Source: Sinanodonta woodiana (Eukaryota). Taken from it: 64,000 nucleotides of DNA. A program made the position numbers and the translations under genes. The stretch's first letter is position 1, and each line of letters opens with the position of its first letter. Below, one piece after another: positions 61,621 to 64,000 of the stretch. The stretch lies in NCBI GenBank assembly GCA_046254885.1, contig CM100994.1, forward strand, positions 93,766,727 through 93,830,726, read 5' to 3'. The notes beneath the pieces are model-generated. The model did no database searches, had not been told where the DNA came from, and saw only the letters and a list, made by a program, of their open reading frames with translations.

Positions 61621-61722
61621 ATGTTAAAATTGGAGAGAAAACAGACCATTATTGAGTTGAGTAAGGAGTATTCCATAGTTACACCCTACACAAGTTTTGT
61701 GGCTGTTGAAGAGAGAGAAGAG
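61621..61722 (+). CDS. PARP4: Exon (MLKLERKQTIIELSKEYSIVTPYTSFVAVEEREE).
   Basis: Acceptor tgtatttatag, donor GAG|GTAGGT. Matches PARP4 ..LKSLIIKLSKENSLITQFTSFVAVEKRDE. Confidence 0.9.
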
Positions 61723-61789
61723 GTAGGTTAATACAACTGCAGGCTCTAAAGAGATTTTAGTCAAGGTTCTTTTTATATTGATATTGAGG

Positions 61790-63190
61790 TACAGTGTATC
61801 TGGCTTAACATGTTATATAGATATTGTGGTACAGTGTATCTGGCTTAACATGTTATATAGATATTGTGGTAGAGTGTATCTGGCTTAACATGTTATATAG
61901 ATATTGTGGTAGAGTGTATCTGGCTTAACATGTTATATAGATATTGTGGTACAGTGTATCTGGCATAACATGTTATAGATATTGTGGTACAGTGTATCTG
62001 GCTTAACATGTTAATAAAATATATAGGTATTGTGGTAGAGTGTATCTGGCTTAACATGTTATATAGGTATTGTGGTAGAGTGTATCTGGCTTAACATGTT
62101 ATATAGATATTGTGGTAGAGTGTATCTGGCTTAACATGTTATATAGATATTGTGGTAGAGTGTATCTGGCTTAACATGTTATATAGGTATTGTGGTAGAA
62201 TGTATCTGGCTTAACATGTTATATAGGTATTGTGGTAGAGTGTATGTGGTTTAACATGTTATTAAGATATTGTGGTAGAGTGTATCTGGCTTAACATGTT
62301 ATATAGGTATTGTGGTACAGTGTATATGGCTTAACATGTTATATAGATATTGCAGTAGAGTGTATCTGGCTTAACATGTTATATAGATATTGTGGTACAG
62401 TGTATCTGGCTTAACATGTTATATAGATATTGTGGTACGGTGTATCTGGCTTAGCATGTTATATAGATATTGTGGTAGAGTGTATCTGGCGTAACATGTT
62501 ATATAGATATTGTGGTAGAGTGTATCTGGCTTAACATGTTATATAGATATTGTGGTAGATTGTATCTGGCTTAACATGTTATATAGATATTGTGGTACAG
62601 TGTATCTGGCTTAACATGTTATATAGATATTGTGGTACAGTGTATCTGGCTTAACATGTTATATAGATATTGTGGTAGATTGTATCTGGCTTAACATGTT
62701 ATATAGATATTGTGGTAGAGTGTATCTGGCGTAACATGTTATATAGATATTGTGGTAGATTGTATCTGGCTTAACATGTTATATAGATAGTGTGGTAGAT
62801 TGTATCTGGCTTAACATGTTATATAAATATTGTGGTACAGTGTATCTGGCTTAACATGTTATATAGATATTGTGGTACAGTGTATCTGGCTTAACATGTT
62901 ATATAGATATTGTGGTACAGTGTATCTGGCTTAACATGTTATATAGGTATTGTGGTAGAGTGTATCTGGCTTAACATGTTATATAGATATTGTGGTAGGG
63001 TGTATGTGGTTTAACATGTTATATAGATATTGTGGTAGAGTGTATCTGGCTTAACATGTTATATTGATATTGTGGTACAGTGTATCAGGCTTAACATGTT
63101 ATATAGATATTGTGGTAGAGTGTATCTGGCTTAACATGTTATATAGATATTGTGGTAGAGTGTATCCGGCTTAACATGTTATATTGATAT
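61790..63190. repeat. 40-bp satellite (ggcttaacatgttatatagatattgtggtagagtgtatct), about 35 copies.
   Basis: Read directly in the sequence. Confidence 0.95.
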
Positions 63191-63840
63191 TGTCATGCAT
63201 TGTGTCTCAAAAAAATGGCATTTACATATTTTAGAGTGTACTTAAAGGAGAAAGCAGAAAATCTTATTATTTCACAAGAATACTGAACCAATTACATTGC
63301 GATTAAACTCTCAAATGTGAGGATCCACTTTGACATCTTACCCATGCTAAAACTAATTAAACTGCTAGGGATGGTGAAGGGTAGTAAGGATAAAGGTTGG
63401 GAAGAGTTTCTTCCCTTGTTTTGTTGTTTATAGATTGTAATGACAAAATCTTCATTTCATCTTTACACGGTTGCTGATTTGAGAAGTAGAGGTGCCTCTT
63501 CCTAAGAATAATATGATTGGTTTAATGAAAGTGTTCTTGGAGAAACATAATTTACTGGGGAAAAAATTACTGTTTGAAGGATTTTACCTGTGTTGCCTTT
63601 ATGGTTTATTTGAATATACCCATTAGCATAATTTTATTTCCTTTTATATTTGATTTTGTTTTCTTCATGTTTAAATTTATTTGGAAGGGTTACATTTTTC
63701 AAAATTTGTTATGACCGTGTAGCCCTAATTCTGCTTGGGAGTTAATAAACACAACTATATACAATGTATATACATATAGTTTTGACATTTCCTCTCCACT
63801 CTGACAGCTTTATAAATTTCATTTGTTTTTTTTCTTTTAG

Positions 63841-63948
63841 GATAAAGAGAAGCATGATGGCCCTTCTGTTGCAGAACTAGTCGCTCTTGAAAAAGTTGAT
63901 ATTCTACCATACATGCAGTGGGAAAATGTTGATGATTTTGATGAAATG
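63841..63948 (+). CDS. PARP4: Exon (DKEKHDGPSVAELVALEKVDILPYMQWENVDDFDEM). The gene continues beyond the window.
   Basis: Acceptor tttttcttttag, donor ATG|GTATTA. Matches PARP4 ..IAKEDVDFLPYMSWQG. Confidence 0.85.
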
Positions 63949-63960
63949 GTATTAGCTATT

Positions 63961-64000
63961 GTTACAGTCTCTCTCTCTCTGTCTCTGTCTTTCTCTCTCT
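63961..64000. repeat. (CT)n microsatellite running to the window end.
   Basis: tctctctctctctgtctctgtctttctctctct. Confidence 0.9.

Overview
This window is AT-rich eukaryotic (invertebrate-type) genomic DNA. Its backbone is a long multi-exon plus-strand gene whose exon translations match vault poly(ADP-ribose) polymerase (PARP4/vPARP): PARP catalytic-domain exons, then a VIT domain, then a vWA domain, then C-terminal exons. At least 18 short exons lie between about 3.4 kb and 63.9 kb, and the gene continues past the window end. The introns are filled with tandem minisatellites and satellites: a roughly 7-kb 35-bp satellite, a 2.9-kb 38-41-bp satellite, a 2.3-kb 60-bp satellite, and many smaller arrays. 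They also carry transposable elements: a 5'-truncated LINE reverse-transcriptase fragment, four copies of a tRNA-derived SINE, a Tc1-like MITE with TA target-site duplications, and two copies of a 2.3-kb TIR element. The standout feature is a 5,561-bp element at 30163..35723 with roughly 285-bp terminal inverted repeats and a 5-bp AGAGT target-site duplication, inserted 7 bp downstream of a PARP4 splice donor. It carries a compact minus-strand gene block that includes a poxvirus-A32/FtsK-HerA-type DNA-packaging ATPase (Walker A GPSGSGKT, Walker B VVYDD, arginine finger RGRH, now broken by two frameshifts) and a small zinc-ribbon ORF. This is a polinton-like or virus-derived cassette, apparently without a polymerase or integrase, and it is unusually small. 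All long ORFs inside the satellite arrays are treated as translation artifacts of the repeats.
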